Assembly: GCA_037443085.1 (NCBI GenBank)
Contig: JBBIPA010000002.1
Span: forward strand, 13,739 to 77,738
Origin: Chloroflexota bacterium
Lineage (GTDB): Bacteria; Chloroflexota; Dehalococcoidia; GIF9; UBA5629
Length of the DNA stretch: 64,000 nt
Direction: 5' to 3'
This document shows, piece by piece, positions 44,324 through 52,820 of the stretch. The first letter of the stretch is position 1, and each line of letters opens with the position of its first letter. The position numbers were made by a program, and so were the translations under genes. The notes under the pieces are model-generated. The model was not told the origin of the DNA, ran no database searches, and was given only the letters and a program-made list of their open reading frames with translations.

Positions 44324-45598
44324 GTGTCAGGTCTGACACCAAACACCGGCTGGGTGGGTAGCTCGACCACCATGATCGTCTCCAGCAACAACTTCCCCAT
44401 AGAAGGTGACTATAAAATCATGTGGGGCACATCCCCCAAATTCGACGATGGCAAAGCTATCATAGTCAAAGAAGGCACCTCTCCCAGAGGCAACCAAGTC
44501 GTAACCGTCAGTTTTCCGATTCCTGAAGCTGCCTTCGGGATGTACTACGTAGGATTCGTCCGCCCTGGCCGTGATGACCATACCATATTCTCATTCAATG
44601 TCCTGCCCCGTCTGAGCGTCCAGCCTGTTTCGGCGTCACCTGGCAACACCGTCACCATCTATGGCACCGGCTTCCCCGCCAACGATGCTATCTCTTTTAC
44701 TTTCGATAGTAAGTCCACTGAAGCCAATACCACCGCCAATAGTAATGGTAGCTTCACCACGGGTTTTACCATTCCCGGCGCCGTTGCTGCGGAGCACCAG
44801 ATATCAGCTAAGTCATCAAAGTTAACCAGTACTCTCGCCCCGGCCATAATGGTGGTGAAACCGGGGATTGCCGTCAACCCTCAATCGCCTCAAGCTGGTG
44901 GCAATGTCACTATTACCGGGCGTGGTTTTGCTGCCAAGGTGCTGATAGCCATCAAGTACAATGAGCATGTTATTACGAACTCGCCAACTACCGATGACAC
45001 GGGTAACTTCACCTATAGCTTTGCGCTACCTCCAAGCGCTGAAACAGGAATAAGATTAGTGGCTACCGACCCCCTGGGCAATACCACCACATTCTCGGTT
45101 GGAAGTAAGACGCCATCGTCGCCACCACCACCATTACCACCGTCTCCAATGCCGGGAGCACCCCAGAGCCCCGTCACGACAACGGGCAAAACGCTGCCCA
45201 AGCCAGCAACAGTAGCGCCCAAAGAAGAAAGCTTCGGTTTATTTGGTGCCCAGGAGGTGACCTTTGTCTGGACACAGGCATCCTCTTTCCCCGGTAACAT
45301 CACCTATACCCTGGAAGTGTCCGGCAACCATAAATTCCAGTCGGCTAAGAAAGTGTCTGGCATTGCCCAGACCAACCACACCCTTAAGCTGGAGGCAGGC
45401 ACCTATTACTGGCGCGTTAAAGCGGTTGGCAGCCTGGGCAATGAAAGTGAGTGGGCTAACTCGCGGTACAGTTTCAAAGTAGGCTCGCTGCCAGTCTGGC
45501 TGATTGTCATCGGAGTCATTATTTATCTCGTCATCTTCTGGCTGCTCGTCCGAACACTGCTGCGCCGGCGAAATCGTGACCCTTACTACGATTACTAA
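44324..45598 (+). CDS. Cell-surface protein with Ig-like/FN3-like repeats and a C-terminal TM anchor. The conservative call is a GTG start at 44324; the in-frame upstream signal-peptide ORF (44216-44302, ending at a TGA) is discussed in the findings.
   Basis: Repeated beta-rich modules (NVTITGRGF, TVTIYGTGF), a Pro-rich linker PSSPPPPLPPSPMP, and a C-terminal anchor LPVWLIVIGVIIYLVIFWLLV followed by RRRNRD. Confidence 0.6.
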   Translation: MSGLTPNTGWVGSSTTMIVSSNNFPIEGDYKIMWGTSPKFDDGKAIIVKEGTSPRGNQVVTVSFPIPEAAFGMYYVGFVRPGRDDHTIFSFNVLPRLSVQPVSASPGNTVTIYGTGFPANDAISFTFDSKSTEANTTANSNGSFTTGFTIPGAVAAEHQISAKSSKLTSTLAPAIMVVKPGIAVNPQSPQAGGNVTITGRGFAAKVLIAIKYNEHVITNSPTTDDTGNFTYSFALPPSAETGIRLVATDPLGNTTTFSVGSKTPSSPPPPLPPSPMPGAPQSPVTTTGKTLPKPATVAPKEESFGLFGAQEVTFVWTQASSFPGNITYTLEVSGNHKFQSAKKVSGIAQTNHTLKLEAGTYYWRVKAVGSLGNESEWANSRYSFKVGSLPVWLIVIGVIIYLVIFWLLVRTLLRRRNRDPYYDY

Positions 45599-45731
45599 AG
45601 CCAGAGCCTATCCCCACCATACCTTAACAACCACTACTTCCCCACGATTTCAATCACCTTGTTCTTGCTGCCCAGACCGCTGACCACACTGACAGAAGTT
45701 TGCGGAACTTTGAAATGGTCTGCCAGTATCT

Positions 45732-47078
45732 TTATGAAACCACCTCTCCCCACGAGCCATCCTGGTATGTCTTGGTTAGCTTTGCTGGCAGGATGGTGTT
45801 GCTTATCTGTTGGGGACTTTCGGCGAATACCCTGATATAGTTGCCAGTGAGTCCTGAATAGAGGCTGCTGCCCTGGTGAACCTCCGTCTCCCAGAGCACT
45901 GGCATAGTCCGTCCCAGAAATCGCTCCTGAAAGCTGCGGGAGCTTTCTTTTGACAGGGCCAGCATCCGCAGACTGCGCTCTTTCTTCAGTTTATCGTTAA
46001 CCTGCCCCTTCATTTCAGCCGCCGCTGTTCCTGGGCGTGGGGAATAAGTGAAGACATGAATAGCGGCAAAGCCGATATCACGGTAAAATCGGTAGCTTTC
46101 CTCATGCTCGGCAGCACTTTCACCGGGGAAGCCCACCATGATGTCGGTGGTGATTGCCACAGCGGGCACAGCCTTCCTGATAAAAGACACTGCCTTTATG
46201 TAATCGGCGAGAGAATACTGGCGCTTCATCCGTTTCAGCACCGTATCGCTGCCGCTCTGCAATGCCAGATGAAAATGATGGCAGAGTCGCTGGTTCTGCC
46301 ACAAACCGAGCAGGTCTTCAGAAATCTCCTGCGGCTGCAGAGAGGAAAGGTGCAGCCGCGGTATCTCTGTCTCGGCTAAAATACGATGAACTAGCTGCTT
46401 GAGGTCAATACCGTTATAGTGATAAGCGCCGATCTTGGTTCCGGTAAGTATCACTTCCTTGTAGTCGGCGGCGACTTTAGCTTTCACTGTAGCGATGATG
46501 TCTTCCGCCGGCAGGCAAGATTCGCTGCCCCGCACCAGGGGCACAATGCAGTAGGCACAGAAATCATCGCAGCCGTCTTGAATTTTCACGAAGCTGCGAA
46601 CCCGGAGCGAGCTATCTAAACCCCGCTCCCCTGTTAAGCAACTGGATTTAGCGTCAAGCGTCCTCTTCACCAGTTGCGGTATATTCATCTTTTGCTCATT
46701 GCCGATAATCAGGTCAACGCCTATCTCAGATAAATCCTGCGGTGCTCTTTCGGCATAGCAGCCGGTAACCACTATCAGCGCATCGGGGTTATTTTTCCGC
46801 AGCAGCCGAAGCAGATGACGCGATTTCCGGTCGGCAATGTGGGTGACCGTGCAGGTATTGAGAATACAGACATCAGCGTTGGTACCACTGGCTATACCAA
46901 AACCAGCTTCAGCAAACTGAGCCGCCAGAAGCTCCGTCTCCGCCTGGTTGAGCTTGCATCCCAGAGTTTGAAATGTCACCGCAGGTTTGCGCGCCATGAT
47001 TACATCAAAGAGATTATATTGATGCGCCATTTGCCAGGTCAACTCAGGAGGTAGTGGCCTGTTGTAATAAGGAAACAT
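45732..47078 (-). CDS. Radical SAM methylthiotransferase (MiaB/MtaB/RimO family; MtaB-like)
   Basis: An MTTase N-terminal domain (FQTLGCKLNQAE), a radical SAM CxxxCxxC (CDDFCAYC), and a C-terminal TRAM-like region. Confidence 0.85.
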   Translation of the reverse strand: MFPYYNRPLPPELTWQMAHQYNLFDVIMARKPAVTFQTLGCKLNQAETELLAAQFAEAGFGIASGTNADVCILNTCTVTHIADRKSRHLLRLLRKNNPDALIVVTGCYAERAPQDLSEIGVDLIIGNEQKMNIPQLVKRTLDAKSSCLTGERGLDSSLRVRSFVKIQDGCDDFCAYCIVPLVRGSESCLPAEDIIATVKAKVAADYKEVILTGTKIGAYHYNGIDLKQLVHRILAETEIPRLHLSSLQPQEISEDLLGLWQNQRLCHHFHLALQSGSDTVLKRMKRQYSLADYIKAVSFIRKAVPAVAITTDIMVGFPGESAAEHEESYRFYRDIGFAAIHVFTYSPRPGTAAAEMKGQVNDKLKKERSLRMLALSKESSRSFQERFLGRTMPVLWETEVHQGSSLYSGLTGNYIRVFAESPQQISNTILPAKLTKTYQDGSWGEVVS

Positions 47079-47228
47079 GTTGAATTCAAACGAAGGTAAT
47101 CATCCCGGGAAACATTAATTTTCAAGCTGGCCTGCTGAAATCCCTAAACAAAAAGGCAGATTTCATCGTTATACTCTATCAACACTACAAGGACCATTAG
47201 TATTATGGCTATTCATGGAAGGAGTTTG

Positions 47229-48371
47229 ATGTTCGATTATCAGGCGTTGCAGAAAACAGGCTGTTTTCCCAAACAGCTTCAGTACAAGCACGTGACGTTT
47301 AGCTGGCATCTTAAAATACAGCAAATATATGCTGCTATCAGGCAGCACGCCACTATTTTCGGGCTCCTCTGTTACGTAGTTGGTTGGATATCGGGAATAG
47401 TTATGCTGTGCGCAAAGAGGCAAGACAGCTTCGTCCGTTTTCATGCCTGGCAATCTATTGTACTGTTCGGCATATTGACAATACCCATAGTAGTTCTCAA
47501 CACAATTCCTCCTGCCGGCGACATCGTCTATGAAATCTTAATTGCTCTGTACTGGATTGTCATAGCCCTTACCGTCATCGTCTGGATTATGCTCATGCTC
47601 AAAGCCTATCATGGACAGGTCTACAGTGTGCCGCTGGTCAGCGGTATAGTATCTGCGCTCTCTAATGTTCAAAATATAAAGACGTATCCTGTAATATCTA
47701 TAGCAGCGGTCGAAGAGTCCGGAAGCCCGGCAGCCATAACAGTGGCGACTAAACTGGAGACGGAAACCCGGCAGGAGGTCAGAAGGTTACATGGAGTATT
47801 AACCGAAGCAGTCAGGTCCATTGTAACCCTGTATGAGACTAGAGACCCTTATACTGCTTCTCACCAGCATCGAGTAGCACAACTGGCCTGTGCCATCGCC
47901 CGCGAGATGGGGCTTCCCGAAGATAGTATTGAAGGCATCCGTATCATGGGAGTTATGCATGATATCGGCAAGGTTGCCGTGCCATCGGAAATCCTGAGCA
48001 AGCCGGGCAAAATAAGCGATTATGAGTTCGGCATTATCAAGACTCATCCCAGAGTGGGCTATGACATATTGAAAGGTCTGGAGTTTCCCTGGCCGGTGGC
48101 GCAGGCCGTATTCCAGCACCACGAAAGACTGGATGGTTACGGTTACCCCAATGGTCTTTCCGGGGAAGACATTATACTCGAGGCGAGGATTCTCGCTGTG
48201 AGCGACGTGGTTGAAGCCATGGCCTCCCATCGTCCTTACCGACCGACATTGGGCATAGATGTGGCTCTTAAAGAAATTTCACAGAAAAAGGGCATTTTCT
48301 ACGACAGTAAGGTGGTAGAAACTTGCTTAATGCTATTCACCCGGAATCGATTCAAATTGGAGCAGGACTAG
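47229..48371 (+). CDS. Membrane-anchored HD-GYP domain phosphohydrolase with an N-terminal DUF4870 domain (paralog A)
   Basis: The N-terminal LLCYVVGWISG...FVRFHAWQSI TM domain; an HD motif (HDIGKV) and a GYP motif (HHERLDGYGYPNGL). The start is moved to ATG 47229 (MFDYQ), which has a GGAAGGAG RBS. Confidence 0.75.
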   Translation: MFDYQALQKTGCFPKQLQYKHVTFSWHLKIQQIYAAIRQHATIFGLLCYVVGWISGIVMLCAKRQDSFVRFHAWQSIVLFGILTIPIVVLNTIPPAGDIVYEILIALYWIVIALTVIVWIMLMLKAYHGQVYSVPLVSGIVSALSNVQNIKTYPVISIAAVEESGSPAAITVATKLETETRQEVRRLHGVLTEAVRSIVTLYETRDPYTASHQHRVAQLACAIAREMGLPEDSIEGIRIMGVMHDIGKVAVPSEILSKPGKISDYEFGIIKTHPRVGYDILKGLEFPWPVAQAVFQHHERLDGYGYPNGLSGEDIILEARILAVSDVVEAMASHRPYRPTLGIDVALKEISQKKGIFYDSKVVETCLMLFTRNRFKLEQD

Positions 48372-48537
48372 GCAAAAAGCCATTCCGACAGACGTTCTCT
48401 TTTACCCCATTACTGCCGCCCAACCAATCTCATCATAATTGACCCGATATCGCAGACTGGGTCAATATCTTTAACCTGGTAGCCGCATATTTTAGCTGCC
48501 GTTTTGATGTATAATGCAGGTTAAGGAGGGAGCTGTC

Positions 48538-50805
48538 ATGGAATATGTATACTCGTTTCACAGCGACTGCGAGGATAAGGCTGTCCTGGGTAACAAGGGA
48601 GCCAACCTGGTAACTATGACCAAGCTTGGGCTGCCAGTTCCTGCCGGATTTATTGTCTCTGTTGAGGGATATATTGAATATAAAAAGAGTGGTCGTCTGC
48701 CGGAAAAAGAGATCGTGCAGGCACTTGCTGACCTTGAGAAACAAATGCATGGAAAACTGGGTAATGGCCTGAAACTTTCAGTCCGCTCATCGGCGCCGGT
48801 ATCCATGCCCGGTATGATGGACACCGTGCTCAATATCGGCGGACTGGCTGAGATGAGAACGGCCATAAAGCGCATCTTTGATTCCTGGGATAACCTCCGT
48901 GCTGTTGAATACCGCCGCCTCAATAAGATTCCGTCAAATTTAGGCACATCCGCCGTCGTCCAGGCGATGGTATTTGGTAATAAGGATGCTCTGTCCGGGA
49001 CAGGCGTTGTCTTCAGCCGAAATCCCAGCACCGGAGAGAAGGGGTTATTCGGTGAATATATCGAATGTGCCCAGGGCGAAGATATCGTATCTGGAACCAG
49101 AACACCAGTTCCCATTTCCCATCTTCAGTCTGCAATGCCAGATGTATATGAAGAGCTGGTGCAGAAAGCCACCTTCCTTGAGAGACATTTTCGGGATGTG
49201 CAGGACATCGAGTTCACTATTGAATCCCGCAAACTCTACATTCTGCAAACCCGGTCGGCGAAAAGGAGCGGGCAGGCTGCGGTAAAAGTAGCCGTAGATA
49301 TGGTGCACGAAGGCCTCATCACTCAGGAAGAGGCTATTCTTCGCCTAAGCCCTGACGATCTGAGGGCGCTTTTGCACAAGCATATCAAGTCTACTCAATC
49401 ACATGAACCCCTGACCAGAGGTTTGGCTGCAGCGCCGGGCGCCGTAAGTGGCCAGATAGTATTTGGTGTGGCTGAAGCTATGAACCTGGCCAGGAAAAGC
49501 ATTCCTGCCATACTGGTCAGACCGGAAACCAGCCCGGACGATATCCAGGGGATTGCTGCTGCCGATGGAGTGCTCACATCAAGAGGCGGGCTGACGTCCC
49601 ATGCCGCTATAGTAACCAGAGCAATGGGCAAACCCTGTATCTGCGGAGCCGAAGACATCGAGATAGACCTCAAAAAGGAGCAATTAACCTGCAAAGGACA
49701 GACTTTGCGCAGAGGAGACATTATCACCATAGACGGCACCAGCGGTATGGTTTATATCGGCACTCTTCCGTTAGAGGAAGGAACCATGATCGAAGAGCTT
49801 GAAGAGTTGCTCACCTGGACGGATGGTGCCAAGCGGCTTGGGGTTAGAGCCAATGCCGACGTACCGGAGATGGTGGCACAGGCTATCAGGCTCGGCGCCG
49901 AAGGCATCGGCCTCTGTCGAACGGAGCGACAATTCAATGGGCCAGAGCGCCTTTCTGCTATCAGGGAATATATAATGGCAGAGACCGCCGGCCAGAAGGC
50001 AGCGGCGCTGGTACATCTCAGCAAGCTTCAAAAAGAGGATTTTGTCGCACTGTTCAAAGAATTAAAGGGGCTGCCGATTATCATCAGGCTTCTTGATTTA
50101 CCGCTCCATGAGTTCCTTCCTTCGGAGGCAGAGACCAAGGACGAGAGGATTAAACAACGCATAGCTGAGCTTAAAGAGATTAATCCTATGCTGGGACACC
50201 GCGGTGTGCGGGTTGCAGTAACCAACCCCGATATCTACAAAATGCAAATCGAAGCCATAGAGGCAGCGAAGAAGGAAGTCCCGGCAGACGTCTCCGTTAT
50301 GATCCCTCAGGTTATCACATCGCGAGAACTGATAATGATCAGGAAAAGCTGTGTTGAAGGTTCTACTCTCCAGGTAGGAACCATGATGGAAACAGTCCGC
50401 GCTTGCATGAGGGCTGGGCGATTAGCCAGAGAGGCAGCCTTTCTTTCTTTTGGTACCAATGACCTCACCCAGGCGGTGTTCTCTTTTAGCCGGGAAGATG
50501 CCGAAAAGAAATTCCTCTCCACATATCTGGAAATCGGCATTCTCGAGGATAATCCCTTTGGAATCATCGATGTTAAAGGTGTGGGGCGGCTTATGGAGAC
50601 GGCCATATTCTGGGCACGAAGGGCTAAGAAGGACATTCAAATCGGTGTCTGTGGAGAGCAGGCTGGTGAGCCGCGTTCGATAGCCTTTTTCCACGCAATT
50701 AACGTTGACTACGTAAGCTGCAGTCCTTTCCGTGTGCCCATCGCCAAGCTCATTGCAGCACAGGCAGCCATCAAGCAGAAGGAGCAAGCTGAAGTCAAAG
50801 TATAG
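48538..50805 (+). CDS. ppdK: Pyruvate phosphate dikinase family PEP-utilizing enzyme (compact, about 755 aa)
   Basis: N-terminal YVYSFHS...LGNKGANLVTMTKLGLPVPAGF, a phosphohistidine motif GGLTSHAAIVTRAMGKPCICG, and a C-terminal PEP-binding FLSFGTNDLTQAVFSFSRED. The start is ATG 48538 after an AAGGAGGGAG RBS. Confidence 0.8.
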   Translation: MEYVYSFHSDCEDKAVLGNKGANLVTMTKLGLPVPAGFIVSVEGYIEYKKSGRLPEKEIVQALADLEKQMHGKLGNGLKLSVRSSAPVSMPGMMDTVLNIGGLAEMRTAIKRIFDSWDNLRAVEYRRLNKIPSNLGTSAVVQAMVFGNKDALSGTGVVFSRNPSTGEKGLFGEYIECAQGEDIVSGTRTPVPISHLQSAMPDVYEELVQKATFLERHFRDVQDIEFTIESRKLYILQTRSAKRSGQAAVKVAVDMVHEGLITQEEAILRLSPDDLRALLHKHIKSTQSHEPLTRGLAAAPGAVSGQIVFGVAEAMNLARKSIPAILVRPETSPDDIQGIAAADGVLTSRGGLTSHAAIVTRAMGKPCICGAEDIEIDLKKEQLTCKGQTLRRGDIITIDGTSGMVYIGTLPLEEGTMIEELEELLTWTDGAKRLGVRANADVPEMVAQAIRLGAEGIGLCRTERQFNGPERLSAIREYIMAETAGQKAAALVHLSKLQKEDFVALFKELKGLPIIIRLLDLPLHEFLPSEAETKDERIKQRIAELKEINPMLGHRGVRVAVTNPDIYKMQIEAIEAAKKEVPADVSVMIPQVITSRELIMIRKSCVEGSTLQVGTMMETVRACMRAGRLAREAAFLSFGTNDLTQAVFSFSREDAEKKFLSTYLEIGILEDNPFGIIDVKGVGRLMETAIFWARRAKKDIQIGVCGEQAGEPRSIAFFHAINVDYVSCSPFRVPIAKLIAAQAAIKQKEQAEVKV

Positions 50806-50880
50806 TTTGATGGGCATTCCGCTGTGCTACCATGTACTTTAGCCTGTCACTATGCTTTACTCTTGATAACGGAAGTCGGC

Positions 50881-52083
50881 ATGGTCAACGTAACACCCAG
50901 ACTGGCACTGATAACTAGCTCGATTACTGCCGTGAGAGCGAAGTTGGCAGAACGTATCAAACTGTTCTACTACATGTGCCTGACGGCAACCCGGCAGCTC
51001 CAGGTTCAGTATAAAGCGGCGATTGACAGACTACCGTTCAACAAGCTGGGACTGCTCTGTTACCTGTTTGGCTGGATATCTGGACTAATAATGTTGTTCT
51101 CGAAGAAGGAAGATAGCTTCGTCCGCTTTCATGCCTGGCAATCCATTGTAACGTTCGGCATAATGACAGCATTGGTGGTGTTTCTCAATTTGCTTTCCCC
51201 TGCTGAAGATATTGTCCACCTGGCTTTGACGATTGTGTACTGGCTGGTTATTGCCTTCATTGTGTTCCTGTGGGCTGTGCTCATGCAAAAAGCCTATCAG
51301 GGACAGGTCTACGGACTGCCCATGGTCAGCGATGTAGTCTCCGGACTCTCCGGCGTTGAGGCTAAAAAGAGTCCTCCCCAGAGCCCTGCGGTGGCAATTG
51401 AAGAAGTCAGAACCGCGACAGCTGTAGTAGCGACGCCCGCAGAAGAGGGGGTAACCGGACAGGACACTGACAGACTACGCGGGGTGCTGACCGAAGCAGT
51501 GAGGTCCATAGTGACCCTGTGTGAGACCAGAGACCCCTACACCGCTTCTCACCAGCATCGAGTGGCGCCACTGGCCTGTGCTATTGCCCGGGAGATGGGA
51601 TTTCCCGAAGACCGTATTGAAGGCATCCGTATTATGAGCGTTATCCATGATATCGGCAAAGTAGCCGTGCCTGCAGAGATTCTGAGCAAGCCGGGCAAAA
51701 TAGGCGACTATGAATTCGGCATTATCAAGTCACACCCCAAGGTTGCCTATGATATCCTCAAAGGTTTAGAATTTCCCTGGCCGGTAGCACAAGCCATACT
51801 CCAGCACCATGAGAAATTAAACGGCTCTGGCTATCCCAGCGGGCTTTCCGGAGACGACATCATACTCGAGGCGCGGATATTGGCGGTGAGCGATGTGGTT
51901 GAAGCCATGTCCGCTCATCGTCCTTACCGACCGGCATTGGGCATAGGAGCCGCCCTCAAGGAGATTACCAAGAATAAAGGCATACTTTATGATGCCGCTG
52001 TCGTCGAAGTCTGCTTGAAGCTTTTCCACCATAAACACTTCAAACTGGATCAGGATGAGGTAAAAAGCAAATCCTCAAAGTAG
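50881..52083 (+). CDS. Membrane-anchored HD-GYP domain phosphohydrolase with an N-terminal DUF4870 domain (paralog B)
   Basis: About 80% nucleotide identity to 47229..48371 across the HD-GYP region (HDIGKV; HHEKLNGSGYPSGL). The start (MVNVTP at 50881) is tentative. Confidence 0.7.
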   Translation: MVNVTPRLALITSSITAVRAKLAERIKLFYYMCLTATRQLQVQYKAAIDRLPFNKLGLLCYLFGWISGLIMLFSKKEDSFVRFHAWQSIVTFGIMTALVVFLNLLSPAEDIVHLALTIVYWLVIAFIVFLWAVLMQKAYQGQVYGLPMVSDVVSGLSGVEAKKSPPQSPAVAIEEVRTATAVVATPAEEGVTGQDTDRLRGVLTEAVRSIVTLCETRDPYTASHQHRVAPLACAIAREMGFPEDRIEGIRIMSVIHDIGKVAVPAEILSKPGKIGDYEFGIIKSHPKVAYDILKGLEFPWPVAQAILQHHEKLNGSGYPSGLSGDDIILEARILAVSDVVEAMSAHRPYRPALGIGAALKEITKNKGILYDAAVVEVCLKLFHHKHFKLDQDEVKSKSSK

Positions 52084-52115
52084 CGGACTCCGGGTACCTT
52101 GCCTGTATATAGCAG

Positions 52116-52688
52116 TTATTGTGGCGGTTTGTCCTTGCACTTGACTGCCCGGTAATAACCACCATCGGCACAAGCCCTGCAAAAAGTAGCCCCTTCACGA
52201 ACGACAGCTCTGCCGTCCACCACCCGTTCTCCGCAGGCAGCACATACTGCTCTATCCCTCGGCGGTCCCGGCAGGTCGTTTTCCGGAATCGTAACCTGTA
52301 CTTGCTGTAGAATTACCATATCGTCGTATGGAGTTTGGGCAATAGCCCGGATTATTTCCTCCTTGCCCCCTTTGGTGGAGAAATCCTCTCTGATAGTAGC
52401 CCGCACCGCCTTGCCAGTGGGGATGTTCACGAATGTGGCGGCAAACTTGCCATAATCAACGTGTTTCAGAGAACGCCTCCCCAGAGAGCAGCCGGTAATT
52501 GCCTGCACGGCATCGGTCATGCAGCGGTCAATCTCGGCATAAACAATGAGGTCTCGTGTTTTCCGTGATGGGTCCAGACCCAGCGCACGCATTGCTGCCA
52601 GTGTTATCTTGGTGCCCATGGCTATCCCCACGCAAACACCACCGTGGAACTTAGCCGCCACTTCCAGGTGAGCATCGAAATCTTCCAT
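52116..52688 (-). CDS. FmdE/FwdE family protein with a C-terminal zinc ribbon
   Basis: FHGGVCVGIAMG (an FmdE FHGHxCPG-like motif) and a C-terminal CAACGERVV...CRAC. Confidence 0.7.
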   Translation of the reverse strand: MEDFDAHLEVAAKFHGGVCVGIAMGTKITLAAMRALGLDPSRKTRDLIVYAEIDRCMTDAVQAITGCSLGRRSLKHVDYGKFAATFVNIPTGKAVRATIREDFSTKGGKEEIIRAIAQTPYDDMVILQQVQVTIPENDLPGPPRDRAVCAACGERVVDGRAVVREGATFCRACADGGYYRAVKCKDKPPQ

Positions 52689-52820
52689 ATTTACTTGACC
52701 ACCCCCAATAATTCTACACCTTTTATGTCAGTGTTGGTGACTACGAGATTGCTGCCAGAGCTTGCAGCCAGCCACCAGTTATGATATAACACAGCCAGAC
52801 GTGATGACCAAGGAAACGGT

